Shown piece after piece: positions 9,541 to 19,045 of a stretch of 64,000 nt of DNA. The notes under the pieces are model-generated. The model was not told the origin of the DNA and did no database searches. It saw nothing but the letters and a program-made list of their open reading frames with translations. Positions within the stretch are counted from its first letter, which is position 1; the number at the start of each line of letters is the position of its first letter. A program made the position numbers and the translations under genes. The DNA is from a virus. The stretch spans positions 16,983 through 80,982 of the IMG/VR virus record IMGVR_UViG_3300044700_000345, one strand, 5' to 3'.

Positions 9541-9762
9541 TCAAGAGATTGTTTTATTTTGGAAACCAGTAGGCATTTGTTGTTCGTATTGAGAAGCAGC
9601 AAAGAATCCAGCGTTACCCATGGGAACCATGCCGTTTGAAGAAGCCAGAGGTACCTGGATCTCGCTAGGATTTATATGTGGATGGCGTACCATCAGCGGA
9701 TTAGGATTGGCCTGTGCTTGATATCCGGTATTACCTGGGGCACCAGGGAAATTGTAATACAT
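9541..9762 (-). CDS. Hypothetical small late protein
   Basis: 73-aa ORF with own -10 box (TAAAAT) upstream. Confidence 0.5.
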   Translation of the reverse strand: MYYNFPGAPGNTGYQAQANPNPLMVRHPHINPSEIQVPLASSNGMVPMGNAGFFAASQYEQQMPTGFQNKTIS

Positions 9763-9787
9763 TTCAAATTTTGCTTGTTGTTTTATT

Positions 9788-9970
9788 TTACTCTTCTATA
9801 ACCTCGTACCCAGCGCTGTCGTTGATCTTGGTCAGAAGAACACCATTTCCTTTGAGCTTCCATTCCAGAACATCACCTTCTTGCCAAGCAAGGGTTTCTA
9901 TGATGTCATCCGGAAAAGTGATGAACGATTCCCCGTTTTCGTCTTCTTGTATTTCCAGGATGTAGCTCAT
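9788..9970 (-). CDS. AbrB/SpoVT-like DNA-binding protein
   Basis: 'ITFPDDIIETLAWQEGDVLEW' AbrB-like motif. Confidence 0.65.
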   Translation of the reverse strand: MSYILEIQEDENGESFITFPDDIIETLAWQEGDVLEWKLKGNGVLLTKINDSAGYEVIEE

Positions 9971-10260
9971 TTTGTCAAAAGCTTTTCCACAAGTTTATCA
10001 AGCTTCATGTTGATCTGTTTAAAATTGTCGTGCATTTCTGTAATTTCCCTTAAGAAGTCTACCTTCAAAACGTAGTCCAAGGGCATACGGTTCACCTTTT
10101 CTTCTAGCTTATCCAACTCTCTTTCTTGGTTTGCCAATGCGTTATCAATTTGCTTTGCTTGTACTGAAAAACGATTTAAAATTTTATTGGCGGTCCAACT
10201 CCCCCCGGAGACGCCTGATATAACCAACGTTACAAATAACGCTAAATATTCTGGACCCAT
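9967..10260 (-). CDS. Membrane-anchored coiled-coil protein (holin-like candidate)
   Basis: N-terminal hydrophobic helix followed by heptad coiled coil. Confidence 0.5.
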   Translation of the reverse strand: MGPEYLALFVTLVISGVSGGSWTANKILNRFSVQAKQIDNALANQERELDKLEEKVNRMPLDYVLKVDFLREITEMHDNFKQINMKLDKLVEKLLTK

Positions 10261-10288
10261 GACTAAAACCTTTTCTCTATTCTAGACT

Positions 10289-11815
10289 TCAGTAATCGAG
10301 ATGGAGGTTTCCTTTTCTGGCCAATCCTGTTACCAACCATACCAAGGCGTCGACACAATCGTCATGGCTACTAACACCGAAATTAGTGAGTTCCTCGAAG
10401 AGATTACTGAAGTTCCTGAAACGGTTGAAGATAATCTTACGGTCTTCAAACATACCAATGATGCCACGGAATCGTGCAAGCTTATCTGCACGGAACCCTT
10501 TCACTGGGTGCCAAAGCAGATTGTAGAGTCCTTCATTATTCAGGCAAACACGTTTGAAGTCGGCCTCCAAGGAAGCCTGGTATTGTACGGCTTCTGACCA
10601 AATATCACACGTTGAGTATGTTGGGAAGTACGAACCGTTTTCATCACAACCAAGAATAGACCAATCGTTTAAAAGCTCCTTCATGGCATCTAGTTTTTCC
10701 AGGTTTCCCATGACTCTGATGCGTCGGTAATCAATGATGTGTATACGGTCTCCAATACGTCCTCCAAGGATCATTACGGTGTAATCGTTTTTCTCTTTGA
10801 TACCAGCGGAAAGATCAACACCAATACCAAGAGCGTCAAATTCTGTTGAGATTTCTGCCTTAACAATTAACTCTGGTGCCAAGGACAATTCATTTTGTCG
10901 TATAACTTGATTCATGTACTGGAAAGAAAATGCAATAGGTGCTTGCCTTTTCTTTTCCTTTAGGTATTCCAAGGGCCACATCTCCGGCCAGTATGACTTC
11001 TCTTCTCCTGTTTTAACATCATTTTGAATAGCAGATAAAACAATTTGCATCCAGTTGTTTTGTTCATTAAATGTTGTCGAGTGAATATCATCATGCCTAA
11101 ACCTGGTACCAAGGCAGATTGCCCTGGCACCTTCAAACATGGTTGGTGAAATCACTGCGTTCCAGTTATCCTGCATCATTTTTCTAATGTCAGGGTTTGA
11201 GATGTCTGCGGCTGACTTGATAGCGTCATCAATCATTACCAAGTGCGAACGCTTAGAGGTCACCGAACCTTTCAAGCCTGCAGCACAAAGAGTAAATTGT
11301 TCATCACCAATTACTTCAATACCAGCAAATTTATGGTCAATAGACCAGTATTCATTACTGGTTACGTTCTTCAGGAGACGTACCCTAGGGAAAACTTCTT
11401 GATACCTTTTGCTTTCAATGATGCGTTTAATAGTTGCAGACTTGGAACGAGCAATGTCTACCGTGTAAGACAAGTAAAGAATTTGGAGCGGAAGTTTGGC
11501 AGTAGTGTGAATTCCAATTGCCCAGGCGGTAAGCAAACCTAGAACTGTGCTCTTTGCTGAACCGCGAGGAGCAAGTAGGTCAATGTTTGGACCAGCAATT
11601 TTGATCAAACAAGAGCTATCTTGATTGGTTATAAATTGCTTATGCCATTCTTTATGGTGCTCTGCCGGTGGTTTATCTGCTACGTACTCACAAAAATAAC
11701 CAAAATCTTCCTTTGCAAGATCCAGTTTATCTTGGTTTTTGTTTTCTTTAAGTTTAAAGTTTTTTGTTGCAGCACGAGCATTACGACGATGTGCCAGGTA
11801 AGTATAAGCGGGCAC
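10289..11815 (-). CDS. terL: Terminase large subunit
   Basis: Walker A-like 'APRGSAKST', Walker B 'VMIDD', 'LGTRF', nuclease 'GVDLS' and 'HDDCVDA'. Confidence 0.92.
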   Translation of the reverse strand: MPAYTYLAHRRNARAATKNFKLKENKNQDKLDLAKEDFGYFCEYVADKPPAEHHKEWHKQFITNQDSSCLIKIAGPNIDLLAPRGSAKSTVLGLLTAWAIGIHTTAKLPLQILYLSYTVDIARSKSATIKRIIESKRYQEVFPRVRLLKNVTSNEYWSIDHKFAGIEVIGDEQFTLCAAGLKGSVTSKRSHLVMIDDAIKSAADISNPDIRKMMQDNWNAVISPTMFEGARAICLGTRFRHDDIHSTTFNEQNNWMQIVLSAIQNDVKTGEEKSYWPEMWPLEYLKEKKRQAPIAFSFQYMNQVIRQNELSLAPELIVKAEISTEFDALGIGVDLSAGIKEKNDYTVMILGGRIGDRIHIIDYRRIRVMGNLEKLDAMKELLNDWSILGCDENGSYFPTYSTCDIWSEAVQYQASLEADFKRVCLNNEGLYNLLWHPVKGFRADKLARFRGIIGMFEDRKIIFNRFRNFSNLFEELTNFGVSSHDDCVDALVWLVTGLARKGNLHLDY

Positions 11816-11847
11816 AGCAGGTAATCAAACTATGCTTAAATACTAGC

Positions 11848-12006
11848 TTATTTTTTAGCTTTACGTTTCTGCTCTTGATATTTCCTGGCTTTATCTAGAG
11901 CTGCCTTACGTTTTTCCTTATCGTTCATCTCCGTACCATCCTCCTTCTTAGCTTCCTTCTTCTTGAGGTACTCAAGAAACTGAGGAGGCATTTTACCCTT
12001 GGCCAT
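11848..12006 (-). CDS. Small Lys-rich protein, 52 aa (not in ORF track)
   Basis: MAKGKMPPQFLEYLKKKEAKKEDG...QKRKAKK*; GAGG upstream. Confidence 0.6.
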   Translation of the reverse strand: MAKGKMPPQFLEYLKKKEAKKEDGTEMNDKEKRKAALDKARKYQEQKRKAKK

Positions 12007-12141
12007 GATTATTCCTCTGAGCGGAACCAGGTTGCCGCTTGGGCGTGTAGTAGGTACATCCTGTGGTCACTCTTCCTGTTTCCAGGTGAGAGGCCCCTTG
12101 GAGAGGCCCCTGGGCACTTGACACTAACATGGTGATAGTTT

Positions 12142-12447
12142 CTAATTACGCTCTTGTGCAGCTTTATCGATCTCACGCATGTAAGCTTCTCGATAAGCAG
12201 GGCCTACCTCTTTAGCTCTACGTTGATCGTATACAGGATCCGGGCCGTTGTAAGCAAACTCTCTATTTTCTGGCATCTCTAAACGCCTCATAGGAGTATT
12301 TTGATTCTGTGTGTCTTGCATGGCTTGCCCTTGCTTAGCCTGCATGTTGCGATTGTATGAAGAGAAGCCTGCGCCACTATTTCTTTCTCGCGTTCTTGGC
12401 GCGGCAAATTTGTTGCCCGCCATAGGAATTGATTTACCTGCACCCAT
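12142..12447 (-). CDS. Hypothetical late protein
   Basis: 101-aa ORF with GAGG upstream. Confidence 0.55.
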   Translation of the reverse strand: MGAGKSIPMAGNKFAAPRTRERNSGAGFSSYNRNMQAKQGQAMQDTQNQNTPMRRLEMPENREFAYNGPDPVYDQRRAKEVGPAYREAYMREIDKAAQERN

Positions 12448-12449
12448 GA

Positions 12450-12623
12450 TTACTTCCTCTTGGTAGGGACAGGCTTACCTTTGCCTTTAGCGGGAGGCAC
12501 AGCTCCTTTCTTGGGAGGCACTGCTCCTTTTTTAGGAGGAACTGGTGCGCCCTTCTTACCCATTTCTTCCTTGCCCACTGGAACAAGGCCCTTGCCAGGA
12601 ACAAACTTTTTCTCTACGGCCAT
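12450..12623 (-). CDS. Small Lys/Pro-rich repeat protein, 57 aa (not in ORF track)
   Basis: MAVEKKFVPGKG...KKGAPVPPKKGAVPPKKGAVPPAKGKGKPVPTKRK*. Confidence 0.6.
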   Translation of the reverse strand: MAVEKKFVPGKGLVPVGKEEMGKKGAPVPPKKGAVPPKKGAVPPAKGKGKPVPTKRK

Positions 12624-12659
12624 AGTTAGAAGATAGCTCTTGTTTAAGTATACTGTTAT

Positions 12660-13292
12660 TTATTCTTCCAGTTGCATTCTGGCCCACACACTCATAATTG
12701 CTTCTTCCAGTGGGGTTTCAATTGGGTCATCTTTAAAGATAAACGCAACTTCGCGCATTGCTCGGTCGGCACCAGCCATCAATAGGCCCTTACGATCTTT
12801 GACCGAAGTAAACTCTTCTACTTGTGCAATGGTGCCACGTAGTTCACGTTGCATACCAGCAATTCGGGCAACACCGTGATCTCGTTTTACATTACCTTCT
12901 CCCGGCATCTCCATAGACTCCCGCAACTTGCGGATGTCTTCTTGCATCTCTTCAATTTCGTACAGAAGAGTCTTACGGTGATCCGGTTTTTTGTACTTAC
13001 TTTTAACCCAAGCTTCACACGCAACAATACTGCCGTTGTAACCAAGGAAACGGCTATAGAGAAAAACTTCAATTATGGAGTAGTTGTCGGAGGCAAAAGC
13101 AAGGAATGATTCCTGGACAGAACAATCTAAATTGTCTACCCAGTAATCAAATACCTCAATATCGATAAGCTCGCTGGGCCTGTCCGTAGTCACGTGACTC
13201 GTCGTCTTGCTTAAACCGCTGTCCTTGCTCCGCTGACGTACGCTGCTCTTGGGCGCCCTTGCCGATAGTTTCTCGTTCTTGGGATCCAACAT
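12660..13292 (-). CDS. Helical protein, terminase small subunit candidate (true start probably near 13195)
   Basis: Helical/coiled-coil protein upstream of terL; 5' part overlaps the 13156-13404 ORF. Confidence 0.4.
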   Translation of the reverse strand: MLDPKNEKLSARAPKSSVRQRSKDSGLSKTTSHVTTDRPSELIDIEVFDYWVDNLDCSVQESFLAFASDNYSIIEVFLYSRFLGYNGSIVACEAWVKSKYKKPDHRKTLLYEIEEMQEDIRKLRESMEMPGEGNVKRDHGVARIAGMQRELRGTIAQVEEFTSVKDRKGLLMAGADRAMREVAFIFKDDPIETPLEEAIMSVWARMQLEE

Positions 13293-13404
13293 CTTCCGCC
13301 TTCTTCTTGGAGAATTCGTAGGCTACACCAGCAGCTTGCTTGTACTTGTCTAAATCAAACCAGTCATCAACATCTGTCTGGCCTGCGGGCACGCTACTGG
13401 TCAT
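13156..13404 (-). CDS. Small virion-associated protein
   Basis: 82-aa ORF in late operon. Confidence 0.55.
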   Translation of the reverse strand: MTSSVPAGQTDVDDWFDLDKYKQAAGVAYEFSKKKAEDVGSQERETIGKGAQEQRTSAEQGQRFKQDDESRDYGQAQRAYRY

Positions 13405-13427
13405 GGTAATTAACTCTCAAGAAAAGA

Positions 13428-13619
13428 TTAGAAGTTACCCATCATGCTAGCAAGGCCCTGGGAGAAGATATCCCGACGGCCTTCAACAGACTTCTGACGT
13501 TGTTGACGACCCTTTGATGCTTCCAGGCGGGAAAGCAATTCTTCAAAACGGTTAATGTCAAAGTCCTTGGAGGTATCGGTACCGGTGTCGGTAAGTGCGT
13601 TGCCACCCGTGTAAGTCAT
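13428..13619 (-). CDS. Small virion-associated protein
   Basis: 63-aa ORF with TATAAT box upstream. Confidence 0.55.
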   Translation of the reverse strand: MTYTGGNALTDTGTDTSKDFDINRFEELLSRLEASKGRQQRQKSVEGRRDIFSQGLASMMGNF

Positions 13620-13659
13620 TGATAGAAAATCTTACTTTACAAATTATAGCAAAGGTATA

Positions 13660-14601
13660 TTAGCTCCAGAAACCAGAGACCAGATTTGAGGCGACATTGC
13701 CAAATGATTGAATCTTTTGTTGTTCTTTCAAGCCTTCATTTTTAATCTTCTGAGTATTGGAATCAATCTCCCCTTGGAGGTTTGTCAAGCCAGCACTGTA
13801 CAGATACTGCCTGGTATCTTTAACATTCTGTTGTTGGTCTTCAATTTCTGCAGGGGTACCAGTAAAGCTACTACCAAAATCAGGTGTAGTGATTTTAGTT
13901 TTACTTGCCAAGTCTCCGCCATAGCTGGGGAGAAGGCTCTTATCAAAAGTGAATGCACGCTTTCCGGTCTTCTTCCCTGCTGCGTCGGTAGTCTGCTTAC
14001 CGAACATTGTGTCATAGTAGTTATCTAGGTAGCTACTATTAAACTTGTCTTGGTACTCAGAACCCTTGGTAAGTGAGTTAACAAGATCTTGGTTGGTAGT
14101 ATAGAACCCTTGGTTGAAACGTTCAGTTGCTTTACCTAGTTCCTCTTCTGTTGCTTGACGACCAAGTGTTTCTTCGTAGGCTGCTTTAATACCAGTCTTC
14201 CTGCGACCAGGGAGCAGCTCTTTGGTATAGACATCAGTTAGTGACGCAACATCCGTTTCCGGCGGTGTGAGGTCATATTTAGAGGCGTAGTCACGTAGCT
14301 GCTGAGTAGCTGATTCGTAGCCAAGGAGCCCCTGACGCATTTGTGATTCAACACCAGTTCTTAGGCCGGAGTAACCAGCGGCACCAGCAGCTTTACGTGC
14401 AGCAGCTTCTGCTTTGGTTTCTGCCCTTTCAGTTGCTGCACGCTCTTCTGCAAGGCCTTCTTTTCTCTGTTGATAAGCAAGATACTTTTCAAAGGTATCA
14501 TCCTTTTGAACAGCAGGAGCATTGTAAGTAGGACCGCCGCCACCCATAATTTTTCTCCTATGCGTTTTTAGTGAATCGGCTGCTAAAACCGGTTGGACCA
14601 A
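13660..14601 (-). CDS. Putative internal virion/ejection protein (likely start at MGGGG, about 14547)
   Basis: MGGGG N-terminus with AGGAG SD upstream; this N-terminus is typical of phage internal proteins. Confidence 0.6.
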   Translation of the reverse strand: MVQPVLAADSLKTHRRKIMGGGGPTYNAPAVQKDDTFEKYLAYQQRKEGLAEERAATERAETKAEAAARKAAGAAGYSGLRTGVESQMRQGLLGYESATQQLRDYASKYDLTPPETDVASLTDVYTKELLPGRRKTGIKAAYEETLGRQATEEELGKATERFNQGFYTTNQDLVNSLTKGSEYQDKFNSSYLDNYYDTMFGKQTTDAAGKKTGKRAFTFDKSLLPSYGGDLASKTKITTPDFGSSFTGTPAEIEDQQQNVKDTRQYLYSAGLTNLQGEIDSNTQKIKNEGLKEQQKIQSFGNVASNLVSGFWS

Positions 14602-15022
14602 ACATTGCGTCTGTTGCTACTAGTTTATCAAACCCTGTTTTACGATTTTCATTTAATAATGCTTGAAAGCCTGCTTCTCTTGCGCTGGGATCCAGACTAG
14701 CACCAATTGACCAGCGAGCATTCTCTCTGTTCATTGCATTTTCTTTTGGTGCCAAGAAATCAAATTTTTGTTTTTGTGCTGTGAATTGCCGTGCTTGGTC
14801 TAGGTCTGGTCCAAGTACGTTAGAGAATAGATTATTACTTATGCCTTGCCCAAGAGAGGCATTTAGGCCCATCATATTGTTGGCAGCATTTTGCTGCGCA
14901 ACATAGTTTTGTAGTGCCCAGTCGCCTTCTATTTGTCTATTCTTAGAGCCTTGACCAAGCAAACCACCAGCTAAGCCGCCAAGAGTTTCTATAGCTGCAG
15001 ACGTTACGAGACCATATGCCAT
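14558..15022 (-). CDS. Putative ejection/pilot protein
   Basis: Gly-rich hydrophobic N-terminus (LGGLAGGLLG) followed by Q/N-rich helix. Confidence 0.55.
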   Translation of the reverse strand: MAYGLVTSAAIETLGGLAGGLLGQGSKNRQIEGDWALQNYVAQQNAANNMMGLNASLGQGISNNLFSNVLGPDLDQARQFTAQKQKFDFLAPKENAMNRENARWSIGASLDPSAREAGFQALLNENRKTGFDKLVATDAMFGPTGFSSRFTKNA

Positions 15023-15062
15023 TGTTTTGTTACTTCTTTGTTGATTTCATTTTAAACCCTCT

Positions 15063-15608
15063 TTACGAATAATAAGGTCGAGATTGGAATTGTGCTATTG
15101 ACAAAGGTTGAATTGTTGAGGGATTGATGCTGTTAATGGCCGTAAGGCCACTTTGCCGATTCCTTTCAATTGTGTCCCAGGAGGGTCCCCCAAGTGCAGT
15201 GGATAAGGTTGAGCCAAGTTTTCCAATGGAGTTCATTAACAATGCCTGTCCAGAACTCTGCCTGCCTAATTCTTGACGATAGTCTGCTTGTCTTTTTTGC
15301 ATTGCTTCTACATCACCTAGCTGTTCTTTGAATCCGCCTTTATCCGCGTAGCCTGGTGTCTTTGGACCTTTAATTGCATTTACTAATGCAAAGTTGCTAA
15401 TAGCATTTGAATCAAGTTTGATTCCATGTTTTTTGGCAGTTTTAAAAAAATTGTCTAGACCATCAAAACTTTCATCTTGCTCTCCAAGAACAGAAGACAA
15501 GCTTTTACTTAAATCACCAGTATTTAAGTACTCACCAAAAGGAATGCTTTTAATTTTTTCAGCATTAGCCCAATCAACATTAGACCAGTCAACATTTGCC
15601 ATGATCAA
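15063..15608 (-). CDS. Putative internal virion protein
   Basis: 181-aa ORF coupled in late operon. Confidence 0.55.
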   Translation of the reverse strand: MIMANVDWSNVDWANAEKIKSIPFGEYLNTGDLSKSLSSVLGEQDESFDGLDNFFKTAKKHGIKLDSNAISNFALVNAIKGPKTPGYADKGGFKEQLGDVEAMQKRQADYRQELGRQSSGQALLMNSIGKLGSTLSTALGGPSWDTIERNRQSGLTAINSINPSTIQPLSIAQFQSRPYYS

Positions 15609-16549
15609 CCAAAACTAATGGAAGGGGCCGATAGAGTTGCACCCAGGTACGGGTTCTGTGAGATTGCTGTGCGAAGAGTAGCCCCAGTCTCAGTCCGATC
15701 GATTCCAGCAAGTTGGAATTGTCCAGCTTGGCGTCCCAAAGCTTGGTACACGGCGCCTTCGGAAGCAATCTTGGCTTGTGCATTAACCAAGTTTGAACGA
15801 CTAATTTGTTCCTGGATTGGTAACATTGCTTTCTCAAGTTGGATCTTCATTTCCAATTGATCTTGCATACCTTTACGAGTAAGTGCCCGTTCTTGTTCAC
15901 CTAGAGCTTTGTTTGACCTTAAAGTATAATCAAGGTCACGGTTGCGAATATTTTCATACGCAGCTCCTTTGGTAAGCGGAATATTTGTACCAGGGAAATA
16001 CATGGGCTCAGTAGTTTCTTTGGCTTTAGCGCCCAGGCCACCAGTAATTGCTTCTAACATATTGCCGCCCGCCATAGCTCCAATAATGGGAGCGCCAATC
16101 CTTGCTACCACCCCTAATGCACCTGGTAGTTTGATGCTGTTAACCAAGGCTGAAGCTGCTGCGCCGCCACCAAGGCCACCTAAGCCTTGTGAGAGTGCCC
16201 CCATAATATCCCCTTGCATTGCTTGACCGGTTGCCATTAGGCCTGCGGTACCAAGGGTTGACATGCGTCCCAGTGGCCTCTTCTCTAGTCCTGCAGACGC
16301 AGCCCTTGCTTTTGTTTTAAATTCCTCTCCCATTGGACCAAGTCCTTGCAACCGTGATTCTACTGAGGAACGCATGCGTTCAAGAACCCCAGGATTAACA
16401 CCAGTTGTGCCTGGTTTAATTGTTGTGGCCCCACGAGAACCTAAGGTTTCCGCAGGAATATTTCCTGCACGAGCCTGAGCGGCAAGATCAAAATCGGGGT
16501 AGTACGCTCTTGGGTCAACCCCTGCGCGTAGCATATCTTCTGGAGTCAT
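15605..16549 (-). CDS. Putative ejection protein with Gly-zipper segments
   Basis: GLGGLGGGAAA / IIGAMAGG segments plus coiled coil. Confidence 0.6.
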   Translation of the reverse strand: MTPEDMLRAGVDPRAYYPDFDLAAQARAGNIPAETLGSRGATTIKPGTTGVNPGVLERMRSSVESRLQGLGPMGEEFKTKARAASAGLEKRPLGRMSTLGTAGLMATGQAMQGDIMGALSQGLGGLGGGAAASALVNSIKLPGALGVVARIGAPIIGAMAGGNMLEAITGGLGAKAKETTEPMYFPGTNIPLTKGAAYENIRNRDLDYTLRSNKALGEQERALTRKGMQDQLEMKIQLEKAMLPIQEQISRSNLVNAQAKIASEGAVYQALGRQAGQFQLAGIDRTETGATLRTAISQNPYLGATLSAPSISFG

Positions 16550-16599
16550 TATTAAACTGTACTTTTATTTCTGTAGTCTAATTCTACCAGTACCTTTAT

Positions 16600-17547
16600 T
16601 TAACTCATCGGTAATTGTGAGTCAAGTTGTTTTGCTGCAAGTGATTGGTTGATTAGATTACCTGCCATCACACCAAGTGCAGAACCTGCTAAGCCTCCTA
16701 CTGCACCACGTACTCCACGAGCATTAGGCTTGGATCCTGCGCTAGAAAGTGATGGATTTTCTCCAGGAAAAATGCTAGGTTGCACCACTACTTCTCTTGG
16801 TACACTACTAAGACCAAGCCTAGCGCCAGCAATACCACCTGCTAGACCAGTAGCAAATGGGATGTTTACGGGATAACCAAAGACACGCGCTTCTGGAACA
16901 CCTTGAAGGTTTTCAGGTGTCGCCTTAATGGCTCCAAGGAATGCAGGTTCGTTATACAAAAACTGCATGTAGTTTGCATAACGTTGATGAGTAAGTCCAG
17001 GGATCTCCTCTCTGGCAGTTTCTTCTTTTAGTGGCCGCCCCTGGCGACCTTGAAAAAAACGTTCAAATACTTCAGTTGCTGGGTCACGACTTTTTCTAAA
17101 ATCTTCAGGAGTTGGCTCATTTTGCTTGTATCCTTTAGGCCTGCCCAGCTCACCAATATTTGTTATATCATATGCGCCCATTGACGCAACTGCTGGCTGC
17201 AAAGCACCAGCAAGAATTAAAGAAGATGTGTAGCGAGGCAGAGTTCCTTTTGGATCAATTGCTGCGGAAGCAAGTTTATCTGCAATGGCTAGGGGATGGT
17301 TAATCCTCCACCACAAGCCACGAGTTTGTTCGTCTGCAATGTCGCCCAAAAGCCTGGCACTATAAGCTCCAAGGTATGCACCAGGGGATCCCTTTAGAGA
17401 TATGTCTGCATCTTTTAACCGACTTTGAAATTCTGGATCACGTAAAGAACTGTTTGGTTTTACGCCGCCGGCAGCGGCTTGTTTCATGGCGTTAATGCCA
17501 TACTTGAAACCTGCTACTGGGCCTCGTACCTCCAGGGGATTAGCCAT
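16600..17547 (-). CDS. Putative internal virion protein
   Basis: 315 aa with C-terminal Gly-zipper helices. Confidence 0.6.
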   Translation of the reverse strand: MANPLEVRGPVAGFKYGINAMKQAAAGGVKPNSSLRDPEFQSRLKDADISLKGSPGAYLGAYSARLLGDIADEQTRGLWWRINHPLAIADKLASAAIDPKGTLPRYTSSLILAGALQPAVASMGAYDITNIGELGRPKGYKQNEPTPEDFRKSRDPATEVFERFFQGRQGRPLKEETAREEIPGLTHQRYANYMQFLYNEPAFLGAIKATPENLQGVPEARVFGYPVNIPFATGLAGGIAGARLGLSSVPREVVVQPSIFPGENPSLSSAGSKPNARGVRGAVGGLAGSALGVMAGNLINQSLAAKQLDSQLPMS

Positions 17548-18101
17548 CAGTACGCCTCGGCTAGTAGGCGTAAAGTTTCATCTGACAAGGTGATGCCCGG
17601 CACTGGAGACTGAAACCTAGGTAGTCCGACAGTTTGGTACATAGTACCAGGCGCAAGTTGTTGTGCTTGTTGCTGGCGGTTGATAGCTTGACGTTGTAGT
17701 AATTGTTGCTGCTCTTGTTCAAGTTGAGAAACTGCCTGTGGTTGAATTTGGGGGTACAAAGAACCTTGGGTTACGTAATCAACGAGAGGCATCGAGCCCA
17801 GTGAAGCGGCAAAGTTTACTCCCTTTTCCAGACCAGACGGAACAAATTCTTTGGTTATCACTCCCGTTGCTACATCTTTTATTTCTTTTTCTACAGCAGG
17901 AGATATTGTACGCGCTAGCGCAACCAAGGGATAGTTGAGAAGAAAATCTCCCCCTGCATAGGCTAGACCTGCTTTAGGTCCTGCGCCAAGCATTCCCATT
18001 GCCAAGTTCAAGCCGGCCCCTGGAAGCGCTTGTGCAGCTGCCTCACGAGACGTCTTGCTAGCAATAGCTGCGCCTAAATGTTTTAATGCGTTACCTAACA
18101 T
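17547..18101 (-). CDS. Putative internal virion protein
   Basis: 184 aa, Ala/Gly- and Gln-rich. Confidence 0.55.
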   Translation of the reverse strand: MLGNALKHLGAAIASKTSREAAAQALPGAGLNLAMGMLGAGPKAGLAYAGGDFLLNYPLVALARTISPAVEKEIKDVATGVITKEFVPSGLEKGVNFAASLGSMPLVDYVTQGSLYPQIQPQAVSQLEQEQQQLLQRQAINRQQQAQQLAPGTMYQTVGLPRFQSPVPGITLSDETLRLLAEAY

Positions 18102-18111
18102 GAGCTACTTC

Positions 18112-18789
18112 CTATTCCTCTATTTTACTCTCAGGTGTTTTTAAAGTTTTACCAGGGGAGATATTTTCTTCTTCTTTTGAGATCTCTTCTCCTCCACGTG
18201 TTTCTTCTGCTTTGGCTTGTTCAGAACTAATAGTTGATTTGCGTTCCAGTAACTGAGCAACAGATGGAGTATTTTCCGTTTCGCTCTTGACTTCTCCTTC
18301 TGCCTTACGCATAAGAATACCGTTTGGATCTGGGTTCTTAAGGCGCGGCATTGGGTTTTTAGCAGCCTTCTCTGGCCTGAGCGTTGGACTTAAGTTGTAC
18401 GCCTCCATCCACTTGGGATCGTAATCTGGTTGATCTTGTGGGCGCTGCTTGGTACGTGGGCGGCCCTCATCAAAGTCATACGACACAGGTCGTTCAAAAC
18501 GCCCCAGGCCTTCAAACATTTCGTAACTTGGAGTTGTCTTTTCGTTGTCGTCAAAAAATGGTGAGTTAGAAACAAAGTTTAAGTCTGGGTTTAATGTCTC
18601 TTTCCGAGACATGAAACGATTAATTAAATCTTCTTCGTTAAATCTTGAGTTGTTCCAAGGGGCAGCACCTGTTTCAGGCTTGGCACGAAACAAATCGTTA
18701 AAATTTAACTTCCGAGGAATTTGGCCTTGGCGGTTAAAAGGATTTGTTATGTAACGACCTAAGTCAAGCCTTGCGTCTTGCGCCATCAA
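18112..18789 (-). CDS. Hypothetical late protein
   Basis: 225-aa hydrophilic ORF coupled to upstream gene. Confidence 0.6.
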   Translation of the reverse strand: MMAQDARLDLGRYITNPFNRQGQIPRKLNFNDLFRAKPETGAAPWNNSRFNEEDLINRFMSRKETLNPDLNFVSNSPFFDDNEKTTPSYEMFEGLGRFERPVSYDFDEGRPRTKQRPQDQPDYDPKWMEAYNLSPTLRPEKAAKNPMPRLKNPDPNGILMRKAEGEVKSETENTPSVAQLLERKSTISSEQAKAEETRGGEEISKEEENISPGKTLKTPESKIEE

Positions 18790-19043
18790 TCCTCAGGTGT
18801 TTTTTGTTTTTTGCGTTGATGTAATCCTACCAAGGTCTTACGAAGGTTTGCTTGCTTAACGGTTGTGTCATTGTATTTGTCTGGATTAGACAAAACATTT
18901 TCCTGCAGTTGAGCAGTGGTAATACCTTTACGTTCTGCCTTGTTGGTGAAAGCGCCTTCCTTCATCTCGGCATCTTTAATCCACTTGGTAGGTTTTTTCT
19001 TTTTTTCAGCCATTGTTTTAAGGGGTTGTTTTAACTTTACCAA
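18786..19043 (-). CDS. Small basic late protein
   Basis: 'KWIKDAEMKEGAFT...KQANLRKTL', a pattern common in small basic phage virion proteins. Confidence 0.6.
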   Translation of the reverse strand: MVKLKQPLKTMAEKKKKPTKWIKDAEMKEGAFTNKAERKGITTAQLQENVLSNPDKYNDTTVKQANLRKTLVGLHQRKKQKTPED

Positions 19044-19045
19044 AA

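Noticed and set aside
12089-12112. Short direct repeat GAGAGGCCCCT (two copies)
   Set aside because: Only 11 bp in a short spacer, with no supporting structure or further copies
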